A stretch of 64,000 nt of DNA, from positions 7,657 through 71,656 of the forward strand of contig JAOAIU010000005.1 of assembly GCA_026414545.1 (NCBI GenBank), read 5' to 3'. Both the position numbers and the translations under genes were made by a program. Below the pieces are notes generated by a model. The model saw only the letters and a program-made list of their open reading frames with translations, was not told the DNA's origin and made no database searches. Origin of the DNA: Candidatus Saccharicenans sp. (lineage in GTDB: Bacteria; Acidobacteriota; Aminicenantia; Aminicenantales; Saccharicenantaceae). Positions 37,438-46,189 of the stretch are shown piece after piece. The first letter of the stretch is position 1. The number at the start of each line of letters is the position of its first letter.

Positions 37438-38747
37438 CTCAACTCCAGGCCCAGGCCGAAGAATAGCTGACGACGGTCGGCCAGGGAAAAATCATCCAGC
37501 CCCACCAGCAGGTATAAATTCTTGATCGGGTAAATGCGCCCGTATACCCTGAACTGGGGCCTGGGGTCGCGGTTAAAGTCAAAAGCTTCAGCGCTCAGGG
37601 CGAAGCGGTTATTCAGGACGTACCAGTCGAGCCCGGCTCCGAACCTGGATTCGATCAGTCCGCCGCGGGCCACCAGCCCTCGCCACTTCCAGCCGGCCTG
37701 AAGGGAATAGACAAAACGTTCCTCCCACGGATTGTGGACCAGGGCGGCTGACAGCAGGGCTCTCTCTTTCCACCAAAGGTGGCCGGATATCGTGCCCTTA
37801 AACAGTTCGCTATCCGCATAATAAGCGCCCTGAACTCCACCGCCGAAATCCAGGGCAGAAACAGAAGAGGTTATCCTTTTGATCTGACCGACAGTTTCCT
37901 GGGCGTCATCGTAAAGGCTGGTTTCATGAATCAACTTCCCGGCGGTACCCTCGCCTTTCTCTATTTTTTCCAGCAGTGCCTTTAGAGAATCAAGCGCCTG
38001 GTCAAGACCGGTCAGAGCCTCATCCAGCTTGCGCAGGCTCTCCTGCACCCCCGGCCGGTTGTCCTGGACCAGGCCCCGGATCTCACCCAGGGTATCCTGG
38101 AGGTTGGCCGATACCTGCTCCACCTGCCGGTTGATGGTGCTGAAGGTTTTGCCGGAATCTTCCAAGGCCTGGTGCAGAGAGGACCGGTTTTCCTTGAGCA
38201 GGCTATCAAATTCACCGGTCAGGGAAGCCAGGTTCTCCAGGGTTTTTCTCAGGTTCGGGCCCAGGTCTTTCTGCAGAACGCTGTTGACCGAGGCGGCCAC
38301 TTTCTTGATGTCTTCTCCCAGCGACATCAGCAACGTGCCCAGCTGGTCAAAACTGATGGGCGGCAGGGAATCCATCACCTCTTCCGGTGCATAATATGTG
38401 CTCTCCCGGCCGGGCACAATCTCCACGTACTTTTCTCCCAGAATGCCCAGGGAGGCCAGCGTGGCCTTGGACCCGTGAGGAATCCGAAACTCCGGGTAGA
38501 TGCTCATGGTCACCCTGGCCCGGCGTCCGTCCAGATTGATTCCCTTAACCAGGCCGATTTTAATGCCGGCCATCTTGACGGCAGCATTCTTCTCCAACCC
38601 GAGGGCCGAATCAAAAACGGCATATACCCGGTAACCCTGCTTCTTGAACAATTCCTGGACATCCCCCACAGAGAGTATCAACACCGCCAGAAGCAAGAAA
38701 AAACCAGACAGGAATATACCGACCTTCATCTCCCTTTTCATCACCAT
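37434..38747 (-). CDS. mlaD: MCE/MlaD-family protein with long helical region and extra C-terminal beta-rich domain
   Basis: 437 aa. TM anchor GIFLSGFFLLLAVLILSV, one MCE domain (YRVYAVFDSALGLEKNAAVKMAGIKIGLV...) and about 150 aa of coiled-coil-like sequence ending in GEGTAGKLI. About 135 aa of W/Y/F-rich alternating sequence follow. Confidence 0.75.
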   Translation of the reverse strand: MVMKREMKVGIFLSGFFLLLAVLILSVGDVQELFKKQGYRVYAVFDSALGLEKNAAVKMAGIKIGLVKGINLDGRRARVTMSIYPEFRIPHGSKATLASLGILGEKYVEIVPGRESTYYAPEEVMDSLPPISFDQLGTLLMSLGEDIKKVAASVNSVLQKDLGPNLRKTLENLASLTGEFDSLLKENRSSLHQALEDSGKTFSTINRQVEQVSANLQDTLGEIRGLVQDNRPGVQESLRKLDEALTGLDQALDSLKALLEKIEKGEGTAGKLIHETSLYDDAQETVGQIKRITSSVSALDFGGGVQGAYYADSELFKGTISGHLWWKERALLSAALVHNPWEERFVYSLQAGWKWRGLVARGGLIESRFGAGLDWYVLNNRFALSAEAFDFNRDPRPQFRVYGRIYPIKNLYLLVGLDDFSLADRRQLFFGLGLELR

Positions 38748-38757
38748 GTATTTCTCC

Positions 38758-39510
38758 TCACCATTCGGTAATGGGTCCTTCGGCTCGGCCGCTGATGAAC
38801 TGCTGGACCACGGGGCTGGCCGAATGCCTGATTTCTTCTGGCGTTCCTATCTCGATGATCCGCCCGTCATAGAGCATGGCAATCCGGTCGGCCACCTTGT
38901 AAGTCGCATTCATGTCATGGGTAATGACCACAGAGGTCACCCTTAATTTTTCCTTGAGCTCCAGAATCAAACAGTTAATAGCGTCGGCCCGGATGGGGTC
39001 GAGTCCGGTGGTCGGTTCATCATAAAGGATGATTTCCGGGCTGTAGGCAATGGCCCGGGCCAGGCCCACCCTTTTTTTCATTCCGCCGGAAAGCTCGTAA
39101 GGAAGGAGGGTCTCCACGCCACGCAAACCGACCTGCTCCAGGCTGGTTCTGACCACCCGCTGAACTTCGTCCTCAGATAGCCGGGTGTGCCGCCGCAGCC
39201 CAAAAGCCACGTTCTCGGCCACTGTCATGGAATCAAACAGGGCCGCCCCCTGGAACAGCATCCCGAATTTCCGGCTGAGCTTCATGATTTCTTCGTCGGG
39301 CAGGGCGCTGATTTCCTGTCCATCGATGAACACCTGCCCGCGGTCCGGCCTCATGATGCCTATGATATGCTTCAGCAGGACGCTCTTCCCCGACCCGCTC
39401 TGCCCGATGATGACCATAGTCTCGCCAGCCTCGATTTCCAGGTTCACTCCTTTAAGCACCGGCTTGTTCTCAAAGGATTTGTGCAGGTCGACAATCTTGA
39501 TCTTGCTCAT
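38758..39510 (-). CDS. mlaF: Mla-type ABC transporter ATP-binding protein
   Basis: The start is taken at ATG 39510 (MSKIKIVDLHKSF). The upstream part of track ORF 38758..39714 overlaps mlaE and looks non-coding. Walker A GQSGSGKSVLL, signature LSGGMKKRVGLARA and Walker B ILYDEPTTGLDP. Confidence 0.88.
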   Translation of the reverse strand: MSKIKIVDLHKSFENKPVLKGVNLEIEAGETMVIIGQSGSGKSVLLKHIIGIMRPDRGQVFIDGQEISALPDEEIMKLSRKFGMLFQGAALFDSMTVAENVAFGLRRHTRLSEDEVQRVVRTSLEQVGLRGVETLLPYELSGGMKKRVGLARAIAYSPEIILYDEPTTGLDPIRADAINCLILELKEKLRVTSVVITHDMNATYKVADRIAMLYDGRIIEIGTPEEIRHSASPVVQQFISGRAEGPITEW

Positions 39511-39515
39511 GGTGG

Positions 39516-40298
39516 TCACAGGGTGGCCGGCAGTACCTTGCTCAGGAAGAAATTCAGGATCAGGATGGTGATGCTGGCCACCACCACCGACTTGGTCGTA
39601 GCCCGGCCAACACCCGCCGCCCCGCCTTCGGCCGTCATGCCCTGCCAGCAACCGACGATGGCGATCACCAGCCCGAAGACCAGGGCCTTGATCAGCCCAA
39701 CTGAGATATCCCACATCTCAAAATACTTCAGGGTGTTCTGAACATAGAGAGTCTTGTTGACCTTCATCAACAGAACGTTGTAGGTATAGCCGCCGAAGAT
39801 GCCGATAACGTCCCCGTACAGGGTCAGACAGGGGACCATGATCATGCTGGCCAGGATTCTGGGAGCAACCAGGTACTTGACCGGGTTGGCCCCCAGGCTG
39901 AACAGGGCATCTATCTGTTCGGTTATCTTCATCGTCCCGATTTCGGCAGCCATGGCCGAGCCCACCCGGCCGGCCACCATCAGGCCAACCAGTATGGGAA
40001 TCAGCTCCCGGCAGAGGCCGACCGCTATGATCGGACCGCCCTGTGATTCCGAACCAGGACCGATGTAACGATGAAAGGCCAGGTAGGCTTGCAGGCCAAA
40101 AACCAGGCCGCCAAAAGCCGCGGTCAGGGAAACCACCGGCAGGGAATTAACCCCGACCTCTTCCAGCTGCTGCCAGAAGTTTCTGGTCTCAAAAGGTTTC
40201 TGAAAAATGGCCCGGAAACCGCGAACCGCCAGGTCGTAGACCTGTCCCAGCTGGAAGAAAAAGGTGCTGAAAAAGGGAATCCAGATTTGCTTTTCCAT
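39516..40298 (-). CDS. mlaE: Mla-type ABC transporter permease
   Basis: 260 aa polytopic MlaE/YrbE-like permease located immediately upstream of mlaF. Confidence 0.85.
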   Translation of the reverse strand: MEKQIWIPFFSTFFFQLGQVYDLAVRGFRAIFQKPFETRNFWQQLEEVGVNSLPVVSLTAAFGGLVFGLQAYLAFHRYIGPGSESQGGPIIAVGLCRELIPILVGLMVAGRVGSAMAAEIGTMKITEQIDALFSLGANPVKYLVAPRILASMIMVPCLTLYGDVIGIFGGYTYNVLLMKVNKTLYVQNTLKYFEMWDISVGLIKALVFGLVIAIVGCWQGMTAEGGAAGVGRATTKSVVVASITILILNFFLSKVLPATL

Positions 40299-40307
40299 CG
40301 GTTCCGC

Positions 40308-41672
40308 TCAGAATTCCTCTTCGCGCTTGTAGCTGAAGTCCATGTTGACAAACTTGGCATACTCCCTGAGAAATACCAGGGGTACACTGCCCAGGGGGCC
40401 GTTGCGCTGCTTGGCCACGGTGACTTCGGCGATACCCTTGATGGCTTCATCTTCAGGGTGGTAATAATCGGGGCGGTAGATGAAGATTACCACGTCGGCA
40501 TCCTGCTCGATGGCGCCCGATTCTCTAAGGTCGGAGAGCATGGGCTTGGGTTCCTTGCGCATTTTTTCCGGAGCCCGGCTGAGCTGGGACACGCCGACTA
40601 CCGGAATGCGCAGTTCCTTGGCCAGCTCTTTCAGCGAGCGGGAGATGAACGACATTTCCTGATTGCGGTTTTCAAAACGACCGCCGGTCCGCATCAGCTG
40701 AATATAGTCTACAAAAACAATATCCAGGTGCCCTTCCAGTTTCAGTCGCCGGCACTTGGCCTTCATCTCCATGACCGTCAGGGCAGCCGATTCATCCACG
40801 TAGATGCGGGCCTGGGCCAGGGTCTCGGCGGCCAGCTGCAGCTTTTCAAAATCCCTATCGCTGATAAACCCAGACCTGGCCTTGCGCAGGTCGACCTGGG
40901 CCTCAGCACACAGCAGGCGCAGGGCCACCTGTTCCTTGGCCATTTCTATGGAGAAGAAGCCGGCATAGTAATCGGTCCTCAACCCGACATGCTGGCAGAT
41001 ATTGAGGGCCAGCGCCGTCTTGCCCATGGAAGGTCGGGCCGCCACCACAATGAAATCGGACGGATGGAAGCCGCCGGTCAGGTTATCCAGCTCGATAAAG
41101 CCGGTGGGGACCCCGGTGACCGCTTCCCGCCTTTCGGCCAGGATTCTTATGGTCTCCAGCATCTCGCCGGTCAACGAGCCAATGGGCACCAGACCCGGCC
41201 TGATCTTTTCCTCGGCTATTTCCACAATGGCCTGCTGGGCTTCGCTGATGACCGTATCGGCATCGGTCTGCTGTTCGTAGGAGGTGTTAATAATCTTGGC
41301 CGAGGACAGTATCAGTTTCCGGAGCAGGGACTTTTCTTTTATAATTTGGGCGTAATATTCGATGTTTAGAGTCCGGGGCACCCCGTCCATCAGAGAAGCC
41401 AGGTAGGCCGCCCCGCCAATCTCTTCCAGCCCACCCCTTCTCTGCAGTTCTTCGCTCAGGGTAAGAAGGTCGATCGGCTGGCCCCGGTCCATCAGGGCCA
41501 CCATGCCTTCCAGAATCTGACGATGGGCATCACGGTAGAAATCTTCGGGAGCGAGCTGGGAGAGGACCACGTTCAGGTAGGCATTATTGACCAGTATACC
41601 ACCCAGGACCGTCTTTTCCGCTTCCAGACTGTGGGGCGGGGTCTTTTTGAGAACGGTCAAATCCAGTTCCAT
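40308..41672 (-). CDS. dnaB: Replicative DNA helicase
   Basis: 454 aa with N-terminal PPHSLEAEKTVLGGIL, Walker A AARPSMGKTALAL, and the SQLSR and IFIYR blocks. Confidence 0.95.
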   Translation of the reverse strand: MELDLTVLKKTPPHSLEAEKTVLGGILVNNAYLNVVLSQLAPEDFYRDAHRQILEGMVALMDRGQPIDLLTLSEELQRRGGLEEIGGAAYLASLMDGVPRTLNIEYYAQIIKEKSLLRKLILSSAKIINTSYEQQTDADTVISEAQQAIVEIAEEKIRPGLVPIGSLTGEMLETIRILAERREAVTGVPTGFIELDNLTGGFHPSDFIVVAARPSMGKTALALNICQHVGLRTDYYAGFFSIEMAKEQVALRLLCAEAQVDLRKARSGFISDRDFEKLQLAAETLAQARIYVDESAALTVMEMKAKCRRLKLEGHLDIVFVDYIQLMRTGGRFENRNQEMSFISRSLKELAKELRIPVVGVSQLSRAPEKMRKEPKPMLSDLRESGAIEQDADVVIFIYRPDYYHPEDEAIKGIAEVTVAKQRNGPLGSVPLVFLREYAKFVNMDFSYKREEEF

Positions 41673-41746
41673 TGTATCTCTCTTCCCGGAAGCACTCTGC
41701 CTCCAGTTTATTATTAAAAGAGACGATTGTTAAGACACTGCCGTTC

Positions 41747-42229
41747 TCAAGCTGTGGGCTCTGACTGGCCTTCCGGGGTTGCCGCCTCTTCCTTGACCAC
41801 GACCACCTTGATCTCAGCCCGGTCCTCGTGGTAGACCTTGACCGGCACCGAGAAGGTTCCCAGTCTCTTAATTGGCTCCTCCAGCACGATCTTTTTCCGG
41901 TCTATATCAAAACCCTGACGGGCCAGTGCTTCCTGGATATCAGCAGCCGAAACAGACCCAAAGATGACATCCTTTTCGCTCGACTTGCGGACAAAGGTCA
42001 GGGTGACCTGGTTAAGCTGCTTGATCAACTCCTGGTAGGTCAGCCTTTCCTTCTCCAGCTTCTTTTTCAGCGCCCTCTGCTGCATCTCCACGCTCTTCAG
42101 GTTGCCGGGCGTGACTTCTATGGCCAGCTTCCTCGGAATCAGATAGTTTCGGGCAAACCCCGGCGCCACTTCCAGGATATCTCCCTTGTGTCCAACCTTT
42201 TCCACGTTTTCCAACAGTATGATTTTCAT
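41747..42229 (-). CDS. rplI: 50S ribosomal protein L9
   Basis: MKIILLENVEKVGHKGDILEVAPGFARNYLIP is the canonical L9 N-terminus. Confidence 0.92.
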   Translation of the reverse strand: MKIILLENVEKVGHKGDILEVAPGFARNYLIPRKLAIEVTPGNLKSVEMQQRALKKKLEKERLTYQELIKQLNQVTLTFVRKSSEKDVIFGSVSAADIQEALARQGFDIDRKKIVLEEPIKRLGTFSVPVKVYHEDRAEIKVVVVKEEAATPEGQSEPTA

Positions 42230-42246
42230 CCCAAGCCTCCTGGACC

Positions 42247-42513
42247 TCAGTCTTCAACGAAAGGCAGCAAAGCCATGAGCCGGGCCCTCTTTATGGCTCT
42301 GGCCAGCTTTCTCTGGTGGTAGGCGCAGGTGCCGGTGATACGACGGGGAGCAATCTTGCCGCGGTCCGGTATGTATTTTCTCAAAATTTCTACCGCCTTG
42401 TAGTCGATGTCCCGGAGATTTCTCTCGCAGAAGCGACAGACTTTTTTCTTGGGCGGGAAAAATTTCCTGGACGGGGCTCTTTCGGTCTTTTCTCTTTCTT
42501 CTCTGATGGCCAT
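42247..42513 (-). CDS. rpsR: 30S ribosomal protein S18
   Basis: 88 aa with CRFCE...IDYK....LRKYI...GKI.PRRITG.C...QR.L..AIKRAR. Confidence 0.92.
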   Translation of the reverse strand: MAIREEREKTERAPSRKFFPPKKKVCRFCERNLRDIDYKAVEILRKYIPDRGKIAPRRITGTCAYHQRKLARAIKRARLMALLPFVED

Positions 42514-42514
42514 C

Positions 42515-42910
42515 TTACTTTACCTCCTCCGGACCGGGGGTGACAGGTTGCGGCCCGGTGCCAGCCGTGGCCGTCTCCGTGGCTTCTGCCTGCTTCACTT
42601 TTTTCTTTCCCTTAACCGTATCTCTGGGGTCTTTTTTGATGGTGATGAAACGCAGGATGGCATCGGTCTGCTTGAACCTTCTTTCCAGCTCAGCCGGGAT
42701 AGCCGGGGCCCCTTCATAGGTAAAGAACACGTAGAGACCCTCGCTAAATCTTTTAATGGGATAGGCCAGCTTTCTTTTGCCCCAGAGGTCTTTTTTTATC
42801 ATCCGGCCATTTCTGGCCGAAATGACTTCAGCCAGCTGGTTGATAAGGGCTGAAGCTTCCTCTTCGGGCAGGTTGGGGGCAACGATAAACCCGGTTTCAT
42901 ATTGATTCAT
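42515..42910 (-). CDS. rpsF: 30S ribosomal protein S6
   Basis: [10 protein letters not shown]...[23 protein letters not shown], with GGAGG RBS. The stop abuts rpsR and there is no ssb in between. Confidence 0.9.
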   Translation of the reverse strand: MNQYETGFIVAPNLPEEEASALINQLAEVISARNGRMIKKDLWGKRKLAYPIKRFSEGLYVFFTYEGAPAIPAELERRFKQTDAILRFITIKKDPRDTVKGKKKVKQAEATETATAGTGPQPVTPGPEEVK

Positions 42911-42973
42911 GTTTTCCTCCTTATGGATTCAAAGCCCCGTCGCTCTAGCGCCGGAGCAAGGAGATGAATGCTT

Positions 42974-43001
42974 ATTTTACAACATTCTGGCGAAAAATCA
43001 A
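42974..43001 (-). promoter_or_regulatory. Candidate sigma70-type promoter for rpsF-rpsR-rplI
   Basis: On the minus strand: TTGATT (43001-42996, overlapping the pth stop), 16 nt spacer, TAAAAT (42979-42974). Confidence 0.45.
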
Positions 43002-43585
43002 TCTTGGCCGCTCGTCTCCTGTTTTTTCCGGTTAAATAAGTTCATGGCCCGCGGCAGGTCTCCCCCGACGATCATTTCCACAGCCCGGCAGGCCCGGTCG
43101 AGTGCCGGCTGAAGTTTTTCCCTTTCCTCGGGCAGAAATTCTTCCAGAACGTACTCAGCCGCGTCCCGGCCCTCAGGTTTTGGCCCGATGCCCACCCGGA
43201 CCCGGGGAAAGTCCTGGGTGCCGATAGCCTCAACTATTGATTGCATTCCCCTGTGGCTTCCCGGACTGCCGCTGGCCCTGACCCGAATCTGGCCCACATC
43301 CAGGTCCAGGTCGTCATAGACTACTATCAAGTTCTGAGGTTTCAACCGATAGCCGGTGAGCAGGGCCAATACGGCCTGCCCGCTAAGGTTCATATAAGTC
43401 TGGGGCAGGGCCAGGATGACGGTGGTGCGGTGCCACCTGGTCTCGGCCAGCCGACACCGGTAGGCCCGGGTTTTTAGCTGAAGATGCCAGTCTCTGGCCA
43501 GAGACTGAACCACCAGAAAACCGGCGTTATGTCTGGTCTGGCTGTATTCCGTACCAGGATTGCCCAGACCGACCACCAGCCACAC
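42998..43585 (-). CDS. pth: Peptidyl-tRNA hydrolase
   Basis: MWLVVGLGNPGTEYSQTRHNAGF... is the canonical Pth N-terminus. GSHRGMQSI block present. Confidence 0.92.
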   Translation of the reverse strand: MWLVVGLGNPGTEYSQTRHNAGFLVVQSLARDWHLQLKTRAYRCRLAETRWHRTTVILALPQTYMNLSGQAVLALLTGYRLKPQNLIVVYDDLDLDVGQIRVRASGSPGSHRGMQSIVEAIGTQDFPRVRVGIGPKPEGRDAAEYVLEEFLPEEREKLQPALDRACRAVEMIVGGDLPRAMNLFNRKKQETSGQD

Positions 43586-43588
43586 GCC

Positions 43589-44260
43589 TTACCCCTTGGT
43601 CTCTTCGGTTTCTTCTTCCTCTTTCTTGCGCTCTTTCTTGATTACTTCCGGCTCTTTCATCTCAGCACCCTCAACCACCTCCTCGGTGGTGGCCGGAGCC
43701 GCTTCTTCGGCTATGCTGCTGATGACCACGATGGCCGCCTGGGGCTCGTGCAGAATTTTAATTCCCGCTGGAAGCTCCAGGTTCATTACCTTGAAAGACT
43801 GGTGCAGATGCAGATGGCTTATATCAATCCGGATGGCTTCCGGGATTTCCCGCGGCAGACATTCGATATCCAGCTCCCTCAGCAGGAAGTCCACCAGACC
43901 GCCTTCAACCTTCACCCCAACCGGCTCACCCACCAGTTCCACCGGGACAGAAACCCTCACCGGCTTGTCCATGGATATCTGAATGAGGTCGACATGCAGC
44001 AGTTCATCGGTCACGGGGTGAATCTGCACTTCCTTGATCATCACATCTTTCTCTTCGGAGTCGTAGGCCACCCGGAAAATGGTGTTTTCACCCGTTTCCG
44101 ACTTCAGGATCTCGATGATATCCTTCTTCTTCAGGGTCAGGGGCTGGCTGTCCATCGATTCGCCGTAAAGGATGGCCGGGACTAATCCCTGGCGCCGCAG
44201 TCGCCCCGAAGCATTCTTGCCCAGGTCGGTTCTCTTTTCAGCTTTGATCACCAGTGTCAT
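43589..44260 (-). CDS. rplY: 50S ribosomal protein L25 / general stress protein Ctc
   Basis: 223 aa with the L25 N-domain (RRQGLVPAILYG), the Ctc beta domain and an acidic/Lys tail. It sits in the prs-ctc-pth context. Confidence 0.88.
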   Translation of the reverse strand: MTLVIKAEKRTDLGKNASGRLRRQGLVPAILYGESMDSQPLTLKKKDIIEILKSETGENTIFRVAYDSEEKDVMIKEVQIHPVTDELLHVDLIQISMDKPVRVSVPVELVGEPVGVKVEGGLVDFLLRELDIECLPREIPEAIRIDISHLHLHQSFKVMNLELPAGIKILHEPQAAIVVISSIAEEAAPATTEEVVEGAEMKEPEVIKKERKKEEEETEETKG

Positions 44261-44271
44261 ATCTTTCCTCC

Positions 44272-45201
44272 TCAGGTAAAAAGAGAGCTTACAGAACTAC
44301 CCTCGTTTATTCTTCTTATGGCTTCGCCAAAAAGCTCGGCCACTGAAAGCATCTGGAATCGGTCGCTATGGCTGGCCTTCTCTTTCAGGGGAATGGTGTC
44401 GGTCACAAACACTTTCTCCAGGCCTGATCTCTCGATGCGCTCGACCGCTTCCCCGGACAGTACCGGGTGGGTACAGGCCGCAAAAATCCTCCGGGCCCCC
44501 TCTCGCCTCAGGGCCTCAACGCCGAGGGTCAGCGTACCGGCGGTATCGACCATATCGTCGAATATCACCACATCCTGGTCCCTGACATCGCCAATGACAT
44601 GCAGCACCTGGGCCACGTTGGGGGCCGGCCGCCTCTTGTCGATGATGGCCAGCCGGGCATCCAGCCTCTTGGCAAAAACTCTGGCCCGGCCGACTCCCCC
44701 GGCATCGGGGGAAACGATGGTCAGGTTCTCCAGGTTAAGAGTCCGGATATGGCTGGCGATGACCGGGGCGGCCATCAGGTTGTCGACCGGAATGGAAAAG
44801 AAGCCCTGAATCTGGGGCGAATGCAGGTCCATGGTCAGCACCCGGTTGGCCCCGGCCGTTTCTAGCAGGTCGGCTATTAGCCTGGCAGAAATGGGCACCC
44901 GGGGCCGGTCTTTCCAGTCCTGTCTGGCATAGGCAAAGTACGGAATGACCGCAGTGATGCGTCCGGCCGAGGCCCGTTTGAAGGCATCCAGCATCAGGAA
45001 CAACTCCATCAGGTGAAAATTGGCATCGGCACAGCCGGACTGAATAACGAAGACATCCTCACCCCGGACGTTCTCGTCTATGTAAAAATGGATCTCGCCG
45101 TCGGCAAACCTGTCCAGGACGCAGCGACCGAGCTCAATGTTGAGATAGCTGGCAATCCTGCGCGCCAGCTGCGGGTTGGATGAGCCTGAAAATACTTTCA
45201 T
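44272..45201 (-). CDS. prs: Ribose-phosphate pyrophosphokinase
   Basis: 309 aa with MKVFSGSSNPQLA, the PRPP-binding loop VVIFDDMVDTAGT and DLHSPQIQGFF. Confidence 0.95.
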   Translation of the reverse strand: MKVFSGSSNPQLARRIASYLNIELGRCVLDRFADGEIHFYIDENVRGEDVFVIQSGCADANFHLMELFLMLDAFKRASAGRITAVIPYFAYARQDWKDRPRVPISARLIADLLETAGANRVLTMDLHSPQIQGFFSIPVDNLMAAPVIASHIRTLNLENLTIVSPDAGGVGRARVFAKRLDARLAIIDKRRPAPNVAQVLHVIGDVRDQDVVIFDDMVDTAGTLTLGVEALRREGARRIFAACTHPVLSGEAVERIERSGLEKVFVTDTIPLKEKASHSDRFQMLSVAELFGEAIRRINEGSSVSSLFT

Positions 45202-45232
45202 TTTTCAATTCCTCTCCCGGGCATTGACAGAG

Positions 45233-45305
45233 CTGGGGCGGGAGGACTCGAACCTCCAGATGACGGATCCAAAGTCCGTTGCCTTACCAGTTTGGCTACG
45301 CCCCA
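45233..45305 (-). tRNA. tRNA-Gln (anticodon UUG)
   Basis: Folded by hand. Acceptor UGGGGCG pairs with CGCCCCA, giving the U1-A72 pair typical of tRNA-Gln. D arm GCCAAACUGGUAAGGC. Anticodon stem ACGGA/UCCGU with loop CUUUGGA. T arm GGAGG-UUCGAGU-CCUCC. Discriminator G. CCA is not encoded. Confidence 0.9.
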
Positions 45306-46189
45306 GTGCTGAGTTCTTGCCAGTACTGTTCACGTCCTACAGTTTCTACCAGCCAAACCTCGTAATCTCTATCAAACTTCCCGGCTGCTTGCCGGGCCAG
45401 GGACCAATCCTGGAACCAGCCAAAGACCGCCGACCCAGAGCCGCTCAGCAAAGACAACTCGGCTCCGGCCGCGGTAAGTTCCTTTTTTATGTCAACCAGC
45501 TGAGGTTGTATCTTAAAAGCCGCCGGTTCTAAATCGTTCCTTAAATGCTTGAATAATGAAAAGTTTCTATGCTCTAAAAACTTGATAATTTTACTTTCTT
45601 TACCGGTTGAAGTCAAGAAGCCAGCCAGCCGGTCGAACTCCCGGTAAGCCTGGGCCGTGGAAACGGGAAAGTCTGGTACAATCAGAAGCACCCAGGCCGT
45701 CGGCATTTCCGACACTTCCTGTAATTCATCCCCTTTCCCCGTTCCCAGGCATAGTCCCCCATGCAGAAAAAACGGGACGTCGGCACCAAGTTCGGCAGCC
45801 AGGGTCTTTAATTTTTCCCGCTCCAGATGGCAGCCCCAGAGACGATTCAAGGCCAGAAGGGTAACGGCAGCATTGCTGCTGCCGCCGGCCAGCCCTCTGC
45901 CTGGGGGTATGTTTTTCTCCACTGTGATGCTGACCCCGGACTTCAGGCCGGTTGCCCGTCGCAGCAGCAGGGCGCTCCGGTATATCAGATTACTTTCATC
46001 CCAGGGGACATCTGTCCGGTTTCCAGCCAGGCTGATCAGACCGTCAGGCCTCCGCTCAAAGGTCAGCCGGTCTTTAAGATTAACGGTCTGGAAAAGGGTA
46101 ATTAGCTCATGATAACCATCTTCCCGGAGGCGGCCAATTTCCAGGCCCAGATTAATCTTGGCCAGGGAGCAAATGGTTATCTTTTCCAT
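45296..46189 (-). CDS. ispE: 4-diphosphocytidyl-2-C-methyl-D-erythritol kinase
   Basis: 297 aa with AKINLGLEI and the GHMP kinase motif IPPGRGLAGGSSNAA. The last codons and stop overlap tRNA-Gln (see findings). Confidence 0.9.
   Translation of the reverse strand: MEKITICSLAKINLGLEIGRLREDGYHELITLFQTVNLKDRLTFERRPDGLISLAGNRTDVPWDESNLIYRSALLLRRATGLKSGVSITVEKNIPPGRGLAGGSSNAAVTLLALNRLWGCHLEREKLKTLAAELGADVPFFLHGGLCLGTGKGDELQEVSEMPTAWVLLIVPDFPVSTAQAYREFDRLAGFLTSTGKESKIIKFLEHRNFSLFKHLRNDLEPAAFKIQPQLVDIKKELTAAGAELSLLSGSGSAVFGWFQDWSLARQAAGKFDRDYEVWLVETVGREQYWQELSTGA

Noticed and set aside
40071-41369. Very long antisense ORFs opposite well-supported genes. They are 432 aa opposite dnaB, 396 aa (32539..33729) opposite gdh, 329 aa (20279..21268) opposite topA, 323 aa (9329..10300) opposite pstB, and 263 aa (60789..61580) opposite the MrpD-like gene.
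   Set aside because: Their translations are low-complexity (rich in G, Q, L, H, D, F) with no recognisable motifs. They have no RBS or independent gene context. Each lies in the frame that stays open when the sense gene avoids UUA, CUA and UCA codons. They are treated as shadow ORFs of strongly supported sense genes.
42230-42910. Absence of ssb between rpsF and rpsR.
   Set aside because: The rpsF-rpsR-rplI arrangement without ssb occurs in many lineages, so this is a synteny variant rather than an anomaly.
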